Part shown: one piece after another, positions 14,595 to 26,667 of the stretch
Layout: each line of letters starts with the position of its first letter
Position numbering within the stretch: the first letter of the stretch is position 1
Assembly (NCBI GenBank): GCA_964187785.1
Contig: OZ076413.1
Coordinates: 44,146,001 to 44,210,000, forward strand
From: Amphiscolops sp. MND2022
Lineage: Eukaryota
DNA length: 64,000 nucleotides
Direction: 5' to 3'
Notes under the pieces: model-generated
What the model saw: only the letters and a program-made list of their open reading frames with translations
What the model was told of the DNA's origin: nothing
Database searches by the model: none
Program-made: the position numbers and the translations under genes

Positions 14595-15046
14595 GGTTAC
14601 ATGACATTTCGTCCTATGCAATTTCAACCTATGCACTTACAACCGTTGCCATTTCAACCGCTCACAATTTCAACCTATTGCATTTTCAACCGTTCGCAAT
14701 TTCGACCTAAACTGATTTTGGCTATTTAGTCTTAATTCAGTTGAGCTATTCTTTCAGTGTAATAATTACTAATGAATCAAACAGCCTTAATTAATTCTAA
14801 TTATTCATGAAGAAGCCAAAACGTATCGAAACTGGCGTAAAAATTAGCACATTTGCATTTAGAAATGTATGAAAGTTAAAATCACCAAAATAATTATGTA
14901 ACTAATTAGGATCCATTACCTAAAATTAGTTTAGGTCGAAATTGCGAACGGTTGAAAATGCAATAGGTTGAAATTGTGAGCGGTTGAAATGGCAACGGTT
15001 GAAAGTGCATAGGTTGAAAGTGAATAGGATGAAATGTCCTGACACC
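14595..15046. mobile_element. Mutator-like foldback MITE a
   Basis: ~118-bp TIRs made of 15-16-bp ATTTCAACC units; 9-bp TSD ATTTCACCG (14586-14594, 15047-15055). Confidence 0.9.
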
Positions 15047-18000
15047 ATTTCACCGTATAACAAAAGTCTCAGTATTTAAGAGGAAAACCCCTATTTTTCC
15101 TGCAGTGATGTAATCAATTGGGCATCGATTTATACAATGGGTCGATTCAAGCGTTCGGTATTTTGCCCCAAATCTCTTAGACCACCATCTCTCAGTCCAT
15201 ACACTCCAAATTCAGTGTTTGCAACTGTTTTTTGATGTATGCCCACACATTTTCCAAAAGATAGTTTCTTTGATCTGTAAAAAGACCGTCATTGGAAAAA
15301 TCTGGTACTTTGCATATTAGGTTGTGCTCTAAAGTTTATGAACCATTGTGTACAGGAAGTTGAAGTAATTTCATTTATTGTCAGTGCAACTAATCTGGAA
15401 ACTCTTAAGATCTCTTGGTGTCATTGTAGCTCCACGTTCACTCTTGAAAAGCTTGATAAAATCTTTACTAATAAGATTTTTACCACAATAACGATGACGC
15501 ATTAAGTAAGCGACCCTTCACTTACACTCAAAACCTGTGAAAATAATTTGTCAAAAAACAACAAAAATTTCCACCAAAACTTTTGGCTTCTTTTGGCCTG
15601 AATCATGGCAACAAGGGAATGTTTCAGATTTTTTCGAGGATAAAATCACCAGTTCTAATAGCGCGCTAGTTATTTCCCTACATTTTCAAGTTATTTCACA
15701 ATTTAACTTTCAATTGCCAAAAACAAGACTTTGTTTGTTTCCCGCTGTGCACTCTCAATTTGTACTCAATGTTTTTAAAAACACACCAATCCATTCTGAT
15801 ATTTCAAACCCATCCTTTGAAATTTTGCCAAGGTCATGAATCGCTGCTTTCATTTCAACTTTTGATGAAATGGAATGTTTTTTCCTCCAAAAAATTGTAG
15901 AAAGCGTTTCATCGATTAATATTTTTGATGGAAAAAGCATATCTGAACAAAAAGTTTTTCATGATTCACATTTTCCACTCAAAGGATGCCATGGTTCGAG
16001 ATTGAATGCTGAAAACACGTGCTAATGTATTATGCATAGATTTTGCATATTTAATGATGCATGTTTTGAAGAGCCATCAGAAAATTTGATTGGTTAAAAT
16101 TGATCAACCCTCAAAGTTGATTTCTCTTTGAAAGCATGCAATGGTGGAACAGGTGCTTCCCATTCAAGTCGATGACTGAACCGCTTGGAATTTTTAACTG
16201 AAACATTGAAAAGTTGAATGTTGGCAGCCAAGTTTTGTCAAAATTCCAAGTACTTTTGGTAAAACTTCAAGTATTCCTTGAACTTAGGTCTCCAAATCGT
16301 ACAGCGTTGGATGACTAGCTAAACCATTCAGTTAGAAAAATGGCATTTATTAGGAAAAAGCATTTGGCAGTCTTTGTGTCATTCGAATCTGAAACTAAAA
16401 ACTGAGTCCTCTTCAAAAAATCGATCTTTTCTAAAACCATATTCTGAAAGCTAATTAAATTCAGAAGCTAATACTAATATAGCATTTTCTGTAACACTGC
16501 CCGTCATTTGGAAAAAAATATATTCACGTTTTTATATTTGCCCTGAAATGAATATTCAAAAACAAACTATATTAAGATGAATTTTTCAAATAACTTAATG
16601 ATGCTTCAAAACAGAAGATCATTTCAGTTCTTGAGAAATTCCCAAATAAGTGACATTTATTGAGTTGAAATCACATTCAAGCCCCAAGTTACAAAAGATT
16701 TCCCAAATTCGTGGCGTGAAACTGAGTTCACAGAATTTTCACACAATATAAACGGGAGGCTAATTATTCGAAATTCAATTCATGTCTACATGATGTGTTA
16801 GACCGCCTTTAATTCGCATGACTAGAGCAAGATCTTAGCATTTTCCTCCAAAGAGTAAGACATTTAGTACACATATTTGGTTCATCGAAAATTCACAATA
16901 ACTATCGGTTTTTTAATAAATATTCAACAACATGGCCATCAAAGTTCAACTTCATACAAAAATAAGTAGTTTTTTTCTATCACTGGGATTATCCGATTAC
17001 ATAATAATTTCCGAAAAACTTCTAATCGCAATTTCAATTATGATTTCGACACAAGTTTAAAAGCAAATACATGTACATGACTGATGACCTTGGAAAACGG
17101 AAGGTTGCGCACTGCGAACAAAATCAATCAGGTGTCTCGGCGTCCTTGTCCAAACCAAACCAACTTCCTCAAAATGTTGAGAAATTTCACTCAGTTTTAT
17201 TTTTAGAACAGCAAGAAGTGGTTGAAATTGATATGCAAGGTTATCGGATAGCTACAAGTTTACACAGTTCGTTGAAATTACTCAGTGTGAAACTTTTAAA
17301 AAAGCTGTTCTGTTTTGTATTTGTTCCTAAAACAAACAGCTCGGCCTTTAAACCCACTGATAGCAATCGCAACATGGGCGATCCATAATTGGTATCAAAC
17401 AACTCTCGGCTTCAAAAATACTGCAAATGACCGTCAATGAGTCATTGTCTCATCGGCGGCGCTTAAAAATGTCGTAAAAAATGGAACAGAAACCAAATGC
17501 TTAAAATTTTGTATACGTTTCTTATGTATTCAATTATTTAGTGGGAGTTAAAGAAAACGGAACTATGCAGACTTGCTTTGTTCATAGGTGTATAAGCCTT
17601 GAAGAATTATACCACCGAAAAAAAACCTTATTTTTACACAAACCTTTTCGGAACATGCCTTGAAAAAAATATCACATGACTTCATTCATGGGTTTGAGTC
17701 CCCTGTGGAAAAACCAAAAATTAGGAATAAGCAAAATGATCATTAAGTTGTTGAAGGTTTGGGGAAAACACACAGTATGGGTTGCCTCTTCTGTGAGCGT
17801 AGGGGATATCGAGCGTGCGTATGAGAGAGAGAGAGAGAAAGAAGCAGTTTGGTTTGTAAATTGGGGATGGCACTTTTAGCTGACGGCTGTTATCCGACAC
17901 CACTGACAAAGAAGCCCCGAATGGGAAAATTAATTAAGGCGCTCCCGGATACGCGGGAAATTTATTGGGCTTGTCTCTTCCCACTTCGTCTCCATCACCA

Positions 18001-20043
18001 AGACAGGCCTGACAACTTGCCAATTTTAAGACCTCTCTTCCACAAAACGCACACGCTTTAATTAATTTGTGGATCGTTCAAATTTAATCTTGACCTATAT
18101 ATCTGTGGCGTAATGCTCGAACTTTTGTTACGTTTTGAAGTATTGGTGAAAACTATCCACGGTTCACAATTAGTCGAAAATTCAAAACGTGTAAGTAATA
18201 TTTTGTGAAGAAAATTCAGAGTAAAACTTCAGAATCAGAATTATTTTAGAATCAAAACTTTGTTTGAAACGGTTTCGTAGCAAAATAAACTCGAGTTGGA
18301 ATCCAAGAAAACCTGAAACTAAACTAGAAAAATTCTAATTCGCGTCTAACATGGAATGCTATTTGTTTCGATGAGTCAAACATTTTGACAACATTTACAT
18401 ATTTTCACGGCTACCATCATTTCAGTGAATGAGATTTTTCGTATTTTCTGGAATCGTATTTGCAGTACAAAAGAATTCGCAATTATACTTTAAGAATTCG
18501 GAAGATTTTCTTTCCTTTATTAAGTAATGGAATTTGGAATTAATGATTCTAATCTATAGTGATGTACCAATCTCACTGGTATACTTTAGAAGTCTTTCTT
18601 TTCAAACTGTGGCCTCTCAGCACGCTCTAGTCCTTTCTTATCAACTTAATTAGCATGATCAAAAATTCGTGAATGAACTTCCTGCTGTGCGGAATGAAAA
18701 TTTGCTCCTAGTTTTTTGGTCACCAAATAGATTTGGAGCTCAACGATATACACAAAAAATGAGATTCATGTATATGTATGTACTCAGAAGTGATAAAGAA
18801 ACCTTTGTCACCGAGAGGGCAAGTTTAATTAACAAAATTCTCCCGCAATTTCAGGGCAACAAAACAGGGCGTTGGTATACAGACTCTAGTTGCTAATTTG
18901 ACTTCATTGTTAGTCGCCTCACAAAGTTATATCAGCTCAACATGTCCTCCAGAAAGGAGAAAAAAAGACAAAAAAGAGAAGAGAAAAATGTGGAAAACAG
19001 AGCATGTGAAAGAATCCACTTTGCCAAAATTGAGCCCTAGGGTTTGAAGGACGTGTCTTGTGTATTTATAGTTACATGACGCCCGCAAAACACAGGCGAA
19101 TTTTCCACCCTGAATTTTTTAACGGCATACATTCGGAAAGCCGTTCAAAACGCAGAAAAAGTTCAAAAATGGAGGAAAATACAGCTTTTTTAATGGTGAG
19201 GTTTTCAAATATATATATCAGATTTACCCAGAATTAAGTTAACCACTGAACTTTTTTCATGAAATATGGTAAAATCAGCTGAAAAAAGGACAAGACACTC
19301 ACTGAGCGCCATAACATTTTCGCCGTAAATAATAAGCAACAATATACTTTGGGGTTTTTGCCAATATACTTATGTCAACGAAAACGCTCGAAACTTGCAG
19401 AAAAAATCTAGTTTATAATATGGGCGGAAGATAAAAATTTAGGGTATACTCATAATAATTCATGAGAAGTCTAAGCAGCTGTCAATTATGGTACAAAAAT
19501 TTAGGCTGGAAAACCAAGTCTGAGAAGTTTCAATTACTACTAATCTGATAAGAAGAAAAATGAAAAAAGAATAATTGAAAGTTTAAAAAATTGATTAGCA
19601 TTTGTCTAAACCTTATATAACAACTGTTTAATTTGATTGAACCTGTTTGCTCGAGTTTAAAAAAGTATAATCTCGTTTTTATTAACAATTCTAAGATTCA
19701 GCTTGCAATTTTATCCGCATCATGATTGGTTTTCTTCTCAAACACAGAAACCATCATTTTGGCGAAGGAAGAATTAATTAGAAGAAACAAATGTATTTTC
19801 TCGAGGTGGCAACAGTGATACGGGTGAAGGAAGATACACTGTGGCCTTGATGGTATTCCCCTCCGGGGAAATTGGTGATTGCATTTTGGCAAATTTAATC
19901 CCACTGCCAAACTTGTAATATAACAAATCTACAAGTTCTTCATTATTATACAAGTCGTTTATATACAAATATATTACACCGTCTTCATAATTTGCGAAAA
20001 CCAATTGCTTGTAACGGGCACTTTTCCCTGTCCATTCGAAGCT

Positions 20044-20582
20044 TCAATGCAAATGTAGCTTTTTTACGTGTGAAATTATTGGTGAATTTTTGGTGAAATG
20101 AAGTTATGGATTACAACATTAAGGTCACCGGATAACTATTAGGGTATTAGGGAAGTAACTCTCATACAAGGAAGCGGTTCCCCATTTACTAATAATTTAT
20201 TTAACAACAAAAATATGTGCCTTGTAAATGAAAAAAGTAATAATGGAAATTCAGTATTCAATCAATTCAACAAAGTGTACTGGAAATGTGCAAAAAAACT
20301 TGGAAGACTCAATGCAAATGTAGCTTTTTTACGTGTGAAATTATTGGTGAATTTTTGGTGAAATGAAGTTATGGATTACAACATTGAGGTCACCGGATAA
20401 CTATTAGGGTATTAGGGAAGTAACTCTCATACAAGGAAGCGGTTCCCCATTTACTAATAATTTATTTAACAACAAAAATATGTGCCTTGTAAATGAAAAA
20501 AGTAATGATGGAAATTCAGTATTCAATCAATGAAACGCCTAACAAAGTGTACTGGAAATGTGCAAAAAAACTTGGAAGACTC
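20044..20582 (+). repeat. Recent ~265-bp tandem duplication
   Basis: Units start at 20044 and 20309 and are nearly identical apart from a few substitutions and one small indel. Confidence 0.92.
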
Positions 20583-20649
20583 GTCCTTCTTCAATCGAGA
20601 TTACTTTTCTTCATGCACTTCATTTGTAAAAACAATCAATCATTGGAAT

Positions 20650-20839
20650 TGAAGTAGACTGTTGATAAACAACTCGATACTAATCACCGTTGCTATTTTT
20701 AGTTTGAACTTATTATTACGATTGTTTACTAACAATTATATAACTCTCAATCGAAAGCTGATATCATTACAGTAAACTTTCAGCTATAGTAAACATTGAT
20801 CTTAACCTCTTTTCTCAAGCCTATCTTAGAAATACTTCA
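20650..20839 (+). repeat. 5' LTR of element 1
   Basis: Two substitutions relative to the 3' LTR. Confidence 0.95.
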
Positions 20840-20850
20840 TGGCGCAGTCA
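20840..20850 (+). promoter_or_regulatory. Primer-binding site, probably tRNA-Ser
   Basis: TGGCGCAGTCA directly after the LTR, complementary to the ...GACUGCG-CCA end of invertebrate tRNA-Ser. Confidence 0.8.
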
Positions 20851-20868
20851 ACAATTTAAAGAATCGCA

Positions 20869-23800
20869 ATGGAAGACGAAGAAGGCAACATAACGGGACA
20901 GAGCAACAGCCAATCCCGTCCAAACAACACAACGATAAGATCGGTAGAACGGACAGCTACACAAAAGTTACCCATTCCGATCCTCGAGAAGAATGATCAC
21001 ACCAGTGCAAAACTATAGTGGAGAAAATTCGTCCAATATGTCAAGATGACCCGTGAAATCAATTTATCGAAAATGACCAACTCCAAAGAAATACTGCCAC
21101 AATTCAGAGAGCAGTTGGAAGAAGAAATCAAAGACGTATTCATATGGGCGATTGGTCAATCAGCGATCACGGAAATGACAAAGACGGTGAAAGAAAGGGA
21201 GCCAAATTCCCTACCATTATACCGACTTTACTCACTTTTCAGACTCCATTTCATTCCCGAGAGGAACAAACACCATAGTAGAGCAGATTTCTTCAATCTG
21301 AAACGAGAACCAGGAGAATCAGCCGCGGAAACATGGAAACGCATTCTAGAAGTAGAAAAGAATTGCGAATTCGAGGAAATAACGGCAGCCGAATTGCTTG
21401 CATCAAAATTCCTATCCGTAATTGGAAAAATGACAGGCGATAACGACCAAAAAAAGAAAATAAAGAAAGGGGACATGTCAGTGGAAGCAATTACCGACAC
21501 AATCCAAGAGTACATGTACAAAAAACTGAACGAATCGAAAGATTCCGAAGAAGAAACAAAAATCAAACACGTGGAAAGAAAAAGAACCTATCAAAAACCA
21601 GAAACAGAAAGACAGAACAAGTCCAGAAAAGTAGACTGCATTAGATGCGGGACACCAAACTGGAAAAAATCACACGACTGTCCGGCAAAGACAAAAAAGT
21701 GCCTAAACTGCGGAAAAATTGGTCACTACGCAAGATTTTGCCGATCAAAACAAAACACGGACCGAAGAATAAAACACATTCAACAAGACTCCGAAGCAAC
21801 CAGCGCAGAAGAAGATGACTGGACACCAAACAAAATACATTCAATAAACAACACGGTCAATTGAACAAGACAACTATCCAAAGACGGACAACCATTCTTC
21901 ACGGTGACGGTATTGGTTAACAACCGTCCAATCAAATTCATAATAGACAGCGGATCACCGGTCAGTCTAATACCAAAACAAAAATTCAACGGCACTACAA
22001 CAATATACCGTTGAACGAAGAATATCGAGACGTAAATAACAACAAAATTAAATTCGAACGAAAAACAATGGCAAACATCAAAATAGACGGAGAAAAGAAA
22101 AAATTGGAGTTACTGATTACCACAAAAAGAACAAACCCATTACTCGGATTAGACTGGATGAAAGATCTGGGAATAAGTGTAAACATCGAAAAACCAAACT
22201 CAAAAATACAAAACTTCAAAGAAGACACAGACATCACCTGAAGAAAAAATTCAAAAAACTATTTCACGAAAACAAAACCGTGAAAGGAATAGAAGTAGAC
22301 ATCCAACTGAAACCAAACGCAAAATTGGTGCAACAAAAAGGTCGACCGATACCGATTCACTTACAACCGGCAGTCGGGAAACAAATTGAGAAATTAACAA
22401 AGAAAGGTCATATCGATGAACTACCGATATTGACGAAAAAGCTACCGATATTGACGAAAACTGCTTTGTCAGCCCAGCCGTTATCACAGTCAAAAAAGAC
22501 AAAACGATAAAAATTGCCTTAGATTCACGGAAACGTAACGAAATTACCGTAAAACGAAAGGCACAAATGCCGAATATGGAGGAATTATTATCCAGAAGAT
22601 CCAGAAAAATCGTCGACGGAGAGGCAGACGAGATATGAATATCAAAATTCGCCTTGGACTACGCATACGGTCAACTACCGTTATCAAAACACGCCAGGGA
22701 TCTATGCATATTCGCGGTAACCGGAGGGAACTTCACCAGCTACTACAGATTCCTCAAGGTCTTCTACGGCTTGGCGGACATCCCGACCATATTCCAAGAA
22801 AAAATTGACCAAACACTGGGAAACAAACACCCGGCGTGGTTAGATGACATATTAGTAGTCATCAAAGGAACGAAAGAACAACACAAGCGCGAGTTAATAG
22901 ACGTATTAACAAAACTAGAAAACGCAGGGTATAGACTGAGCGAAAACAAAACCGAATTTTTTAAATCAGAAATAGAATGGGTGGGACACAAAACTGATCA
23001 AAACGGTATTAGACCGTTGCAAGATAAACTCAAAGCCATACAAGAACTAAAAGAACCGAAGAACGAAAAGGAATTGAAATCCTTCTTGGGGGCAATTCAA
23101 TACTTGTCAAAATATATCGAAAACTTGTCAGCCCAAACGGATTTACTGAGACAACTACTAAAAAAATAATGAATGGATCTGGACACCAGAACATTCCGAA
23201 GCATTTATACAATTAAAGAAAAAAATCACGGAAATACCGTGTTTGGCACACTACAACTCCAATCTACCGAATACAATAACAACAGACGCCAGTACAAAAG
23301 GCCTGGGCGCAACTCTTTGGCAGGAACAACATAATGGCGAATTAAAACTGATAGCATTTGCAAGCAGATTTCTATCGGATACCGAAAAAAAATACGCCAT
23401 TAATGAATTAGAATCATTGGCAGTCGTATGGGGCCTAGAACAATTCCGTTTATACATATACGGCAAACCGATAAAATTACTGACCGATCATCAGGCTCTC
23501 GAACCATTAATTAAACGCAACCGCTCAAATAAAACATACAGCGCCCGTTTAACTAGATGGTTGGACCGATTAGCACACTTCACGATCAACGTGAACCACA
23601 TCGCGGGAACGCATCTAGCTTTGACGGACTATTTGAGTAGAAATCCAAACGCACCACCACAACAAGACGAAGCATACGAAGAAGAATACGTAATTAACAG
23701 CATAGCACCGCACTACGAATTTGTTTCGAAAGTTGGTTGCCTTAGCAACCATTTCGTCCAATCACAAGCACGCAGCGAAACGTCAAAAGGAACGAAAACA

Positions 23801-26485
23801 AACAAACAGCCGTCAACGGAACACACACGTGAACAGAACACCATTAATAGCATTGAACGCATTGAATCAAGCAGCATAAACCGTTGAAATCAAAAAGATT
23901 CTAAAACAATGGACGCCAGAACAATAGACAATTTGGAGCGAATTGACAACTCCCAAGAAACAATAGATCTGATAGAGCGGTGGTGAAATATAGTAAAGCC
24001 AGGAATATACCGACTCTCAAATGGTAAATGGAAAAAGTACCATGAACCGAAATTCCTGCGCGGAGAAAGACGAGATATAGAAGAAAGACTCTCCGAAATA
24101 ATCCGGCGACTAGAAAACCCGGCCAGGGAAATTCGAAACCGGCCACAACAATCAGATGAATACACCGCTGACTGGCAGTTTACCTCACCAGCCCCGCAAA
24201 ATTTCCGAGGAGGGTTCGTCCAACGAAATAATAACGAGCAACCGGGGACATCAAAACCACAACCTGCCACCAAAGAAGACATCCCCATGGAAGAAGGAGA
24301 AATTTCCAGCGACTCCGAACTAGCACCGTCGGTACTGGAGGTGCCCACCATTAACTGGGCAAACTACATCGGAATTAAAAATGTGCAATATATAAAGATG
24401 GGACACGCCCCAAGAGTTCAAGCAATCGAGCAAAACAGCTGGGACCTGGAACAAACCGTCCGTGAAACGGAAAAAGAATTCGCCACAGATTTGCAGTTAC
24501 TGATGACGGAAACAACAAATGATCCCAAGTTATTAAAAACACTTGTCTGCCTAGAGCGTCAACAGTATGACAACATTCCGGACGAGTACAGTCTCTACAA
24601 AAAGAAACTGTCAACACGCTATGGCCTAGTATTCTTCGAAGACAAGATCATAGTACCGGTAAATCTAAGAACGACCGTCATCAGCTTGTTTCACAAGGGA
24701 CATCCGGCCATCAACAAGATGACTCTCTCCGCAAAACATTTCTGGTGGCCCAAACTGACGGAAGCCATACAACGAAAGTGCGACAGCTGCATACCATGCA
24801 AACTCTCCGGTAAGAACTTAAAACCTAATATACTAAAAACGGAACAAAATAGTTTACCTCCATTAAGCGCACCCAACGAGGAAATCCAATTGGATTTCAT
24901 CGGACCAATCACGGACCAGAACCGTAGATTCTACATTTTACTATCCATGGACAGGTATAGCAAATGGCCAGCTGCCAGTCTATGCAAAACTACGGACGGT
25001 GAAACGGCGACAAAATTTTTGGAACAATACTATAACCTAAACGGTATACCAAAAACGATAAGAACGGACAAGGCAACAGCCTTTACCGGACGACAATTTA
25101 GAGAATTCTGCAAAAATAAATTCATAAAACTAATATACGGGACACCGTATATACACACTCCTACCGGCCTAGTAGAGAGAGGAGTACGTACCTTGAAAGA
25201 AAACCTTCTAACTAACATCAAAGACCGAAAACCACTCGAAAAAGCATTGGACTTAGCACTAAATGTGATGCGGACTACACCTCATACTAGGCTAAGAAAA
25301 TCCGCATTCGAAATACACTTTGGCAGAGAGCCAAACACGGAGTAGAGCAATATGTTGAAACTAGACAAAACTAAATCGATAACCAATAATTTCATTTCAG
25401 CAAGGCCAGATACCCTACAGGTATAAACATTCAGTGGAGAAGGCGGTAGCTCCGACCATCTACCAATGAAACAAAAGAGAAAAGGAGCAAAAACGGTAAG
25501 TAAATACCCGTTTCAATTCTTCGAACGAAAAAATCAAAAGGGAAAATTCGAAAGTCCATACTCAGAACTCCTACAAACGGCAGTTACCGGAACGAAACAT
25601 ACCGTGACTACTTCAGATAATAAAATAATCCACCGTAAATTGATTAGCAAACCTATTAATACATTTAAACAGGAACCAACAAACAGAGGGACGGGCCCAA
25701 GAGGACCAGACGGGAGATTTGCAAGGAAACAAGACAAGTCAAAACATTCCCCCGAAAAATCCCTATCGAAAGAAGATCTGGACACCAGCCCAGAACCGCC
25801 TACCAATAAACGGAAAAGCACAATCGGAAGGGGAAGGCCACGGATAACACGAGAAAGAACACCGTCAACAACAGACAACACACCGGGCCAACAAAACAAT
25901 ACAGGAACTGGAGCGCTCACAATTTGTACAGAACAAATGTCGGAGTCCGATATTGACCAAACAATAAACGATTCATTACAATCAGGACAAGAAATCCAAA
26001 TCAGAGACAATTCCGGTAAAGTAACATTTTATAATAATGAAAAAACAGAAAACAAGCTAGACATGTCAGAATTAGAACTAGCAAGTTACTTAAGCTCTAG
26101 CACTGAAATAAAGAACGATGTAGAACAACTAGAAAATACTAACCTACGCCGGTCAAAGAGATTAACAAAAACAAACCCAATTGTCAGATTAAATAATCCA
26201 ATTAACCAATCTGATTACAGGAAACACAGCAAAACGACTCAACCTATCACCACTACAGGAATGCCCAGAGGAGATGACGGAACAAAACGAAGAGGACGAC
26301 CCGCAAGACAACGAAAAGATATAAACTACACGCAACCGGAAAAGCAACAAGCCTCTCACGGAACACCGGAGAAAACACTACCAGGCAATGGACGGATAAC
26401 CGGACATAACCACATTATGGACAGCAACGGACAATCTTACCCATTGGATGATTCTCATCCAATCAAAGAAGGAGGAATGAAGTAG
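20869..26485 (+). pseudogene. Disrupted gag-pol of element 1
   Basis: Double Cys/His knuckle CIRC...HDC-PAK-CLNCGKIGHYARFC; protease IIDSGS; RT WLDD; RNase H TDAS; integrase HKGH...CxxC, LDF, RTDK, VER. About 11 stops or frameshifts. Confidence 0.93.
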
Positions 26486-26667
26486 ACTGTTGATAAACAA
26501 CTCGATACTAATCACCGTTGCTATTTTTAGTTTGAACTTATTATTACGATTGTTTACTAACAACTATATAACTCTCAATCGAAAGCTGATATCATTACAG
26601 TAAACTTTCAGCTATAGTAAACATTGATCTTAACCTTTTTTCTCAAGCCTATCTTAGAAATACTTCA
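26478..26667 (+). repeat. 3' LTR of element 1
   Basis: Follows PPT AAAGAAGGAGGAA (26465-26477) and is followed by TSD GGAAT. Confidence 0.95.

Larger units (their letters stand above)
12935..15062 (-). mobile_element. Internally deleted LTR retrotransposon remnant (two ~174-bp direct repeats)
   Basis: Repeats 12935-13108 and 14428-15062 (the latter split by a MITE) start TGTTATACGG on the minus strand. PPT-like AGAAGTGGGGAA abuts the left copy. No PBS or TSD resolved. Confidence 0.6.
20650..26667 (+). mobile_element. Full-length Ty3/Gypsy (Mag-like) LTR retrotransposon 1
   Basis: 190-bp LTRs with TGAAGTA...TACTTCA termini, 5-bp TSD GGAAT, PBS, PPT, order Gag-PR-RT-RH-IN. Confidence 0.97.

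Noticed and set aside
20138..20151. TTAGGG telomere-like motifs (also ~6220)
   Set aside because: Only two imperfectly spaced copies.
21862..21864. In-frame TGA between gag and protease as programmed readthrough
   Set aside because: Element 2 is open at this point and element 1 has many other stops; decay is simpler, though the family consensus would settle it.
25466..26485. Separate env-like third ORF
   Set aside because: In frame with integrase behind two point stops, homologous to the contiguous tail of element 2, and lacking a signal peptide or TM helix.
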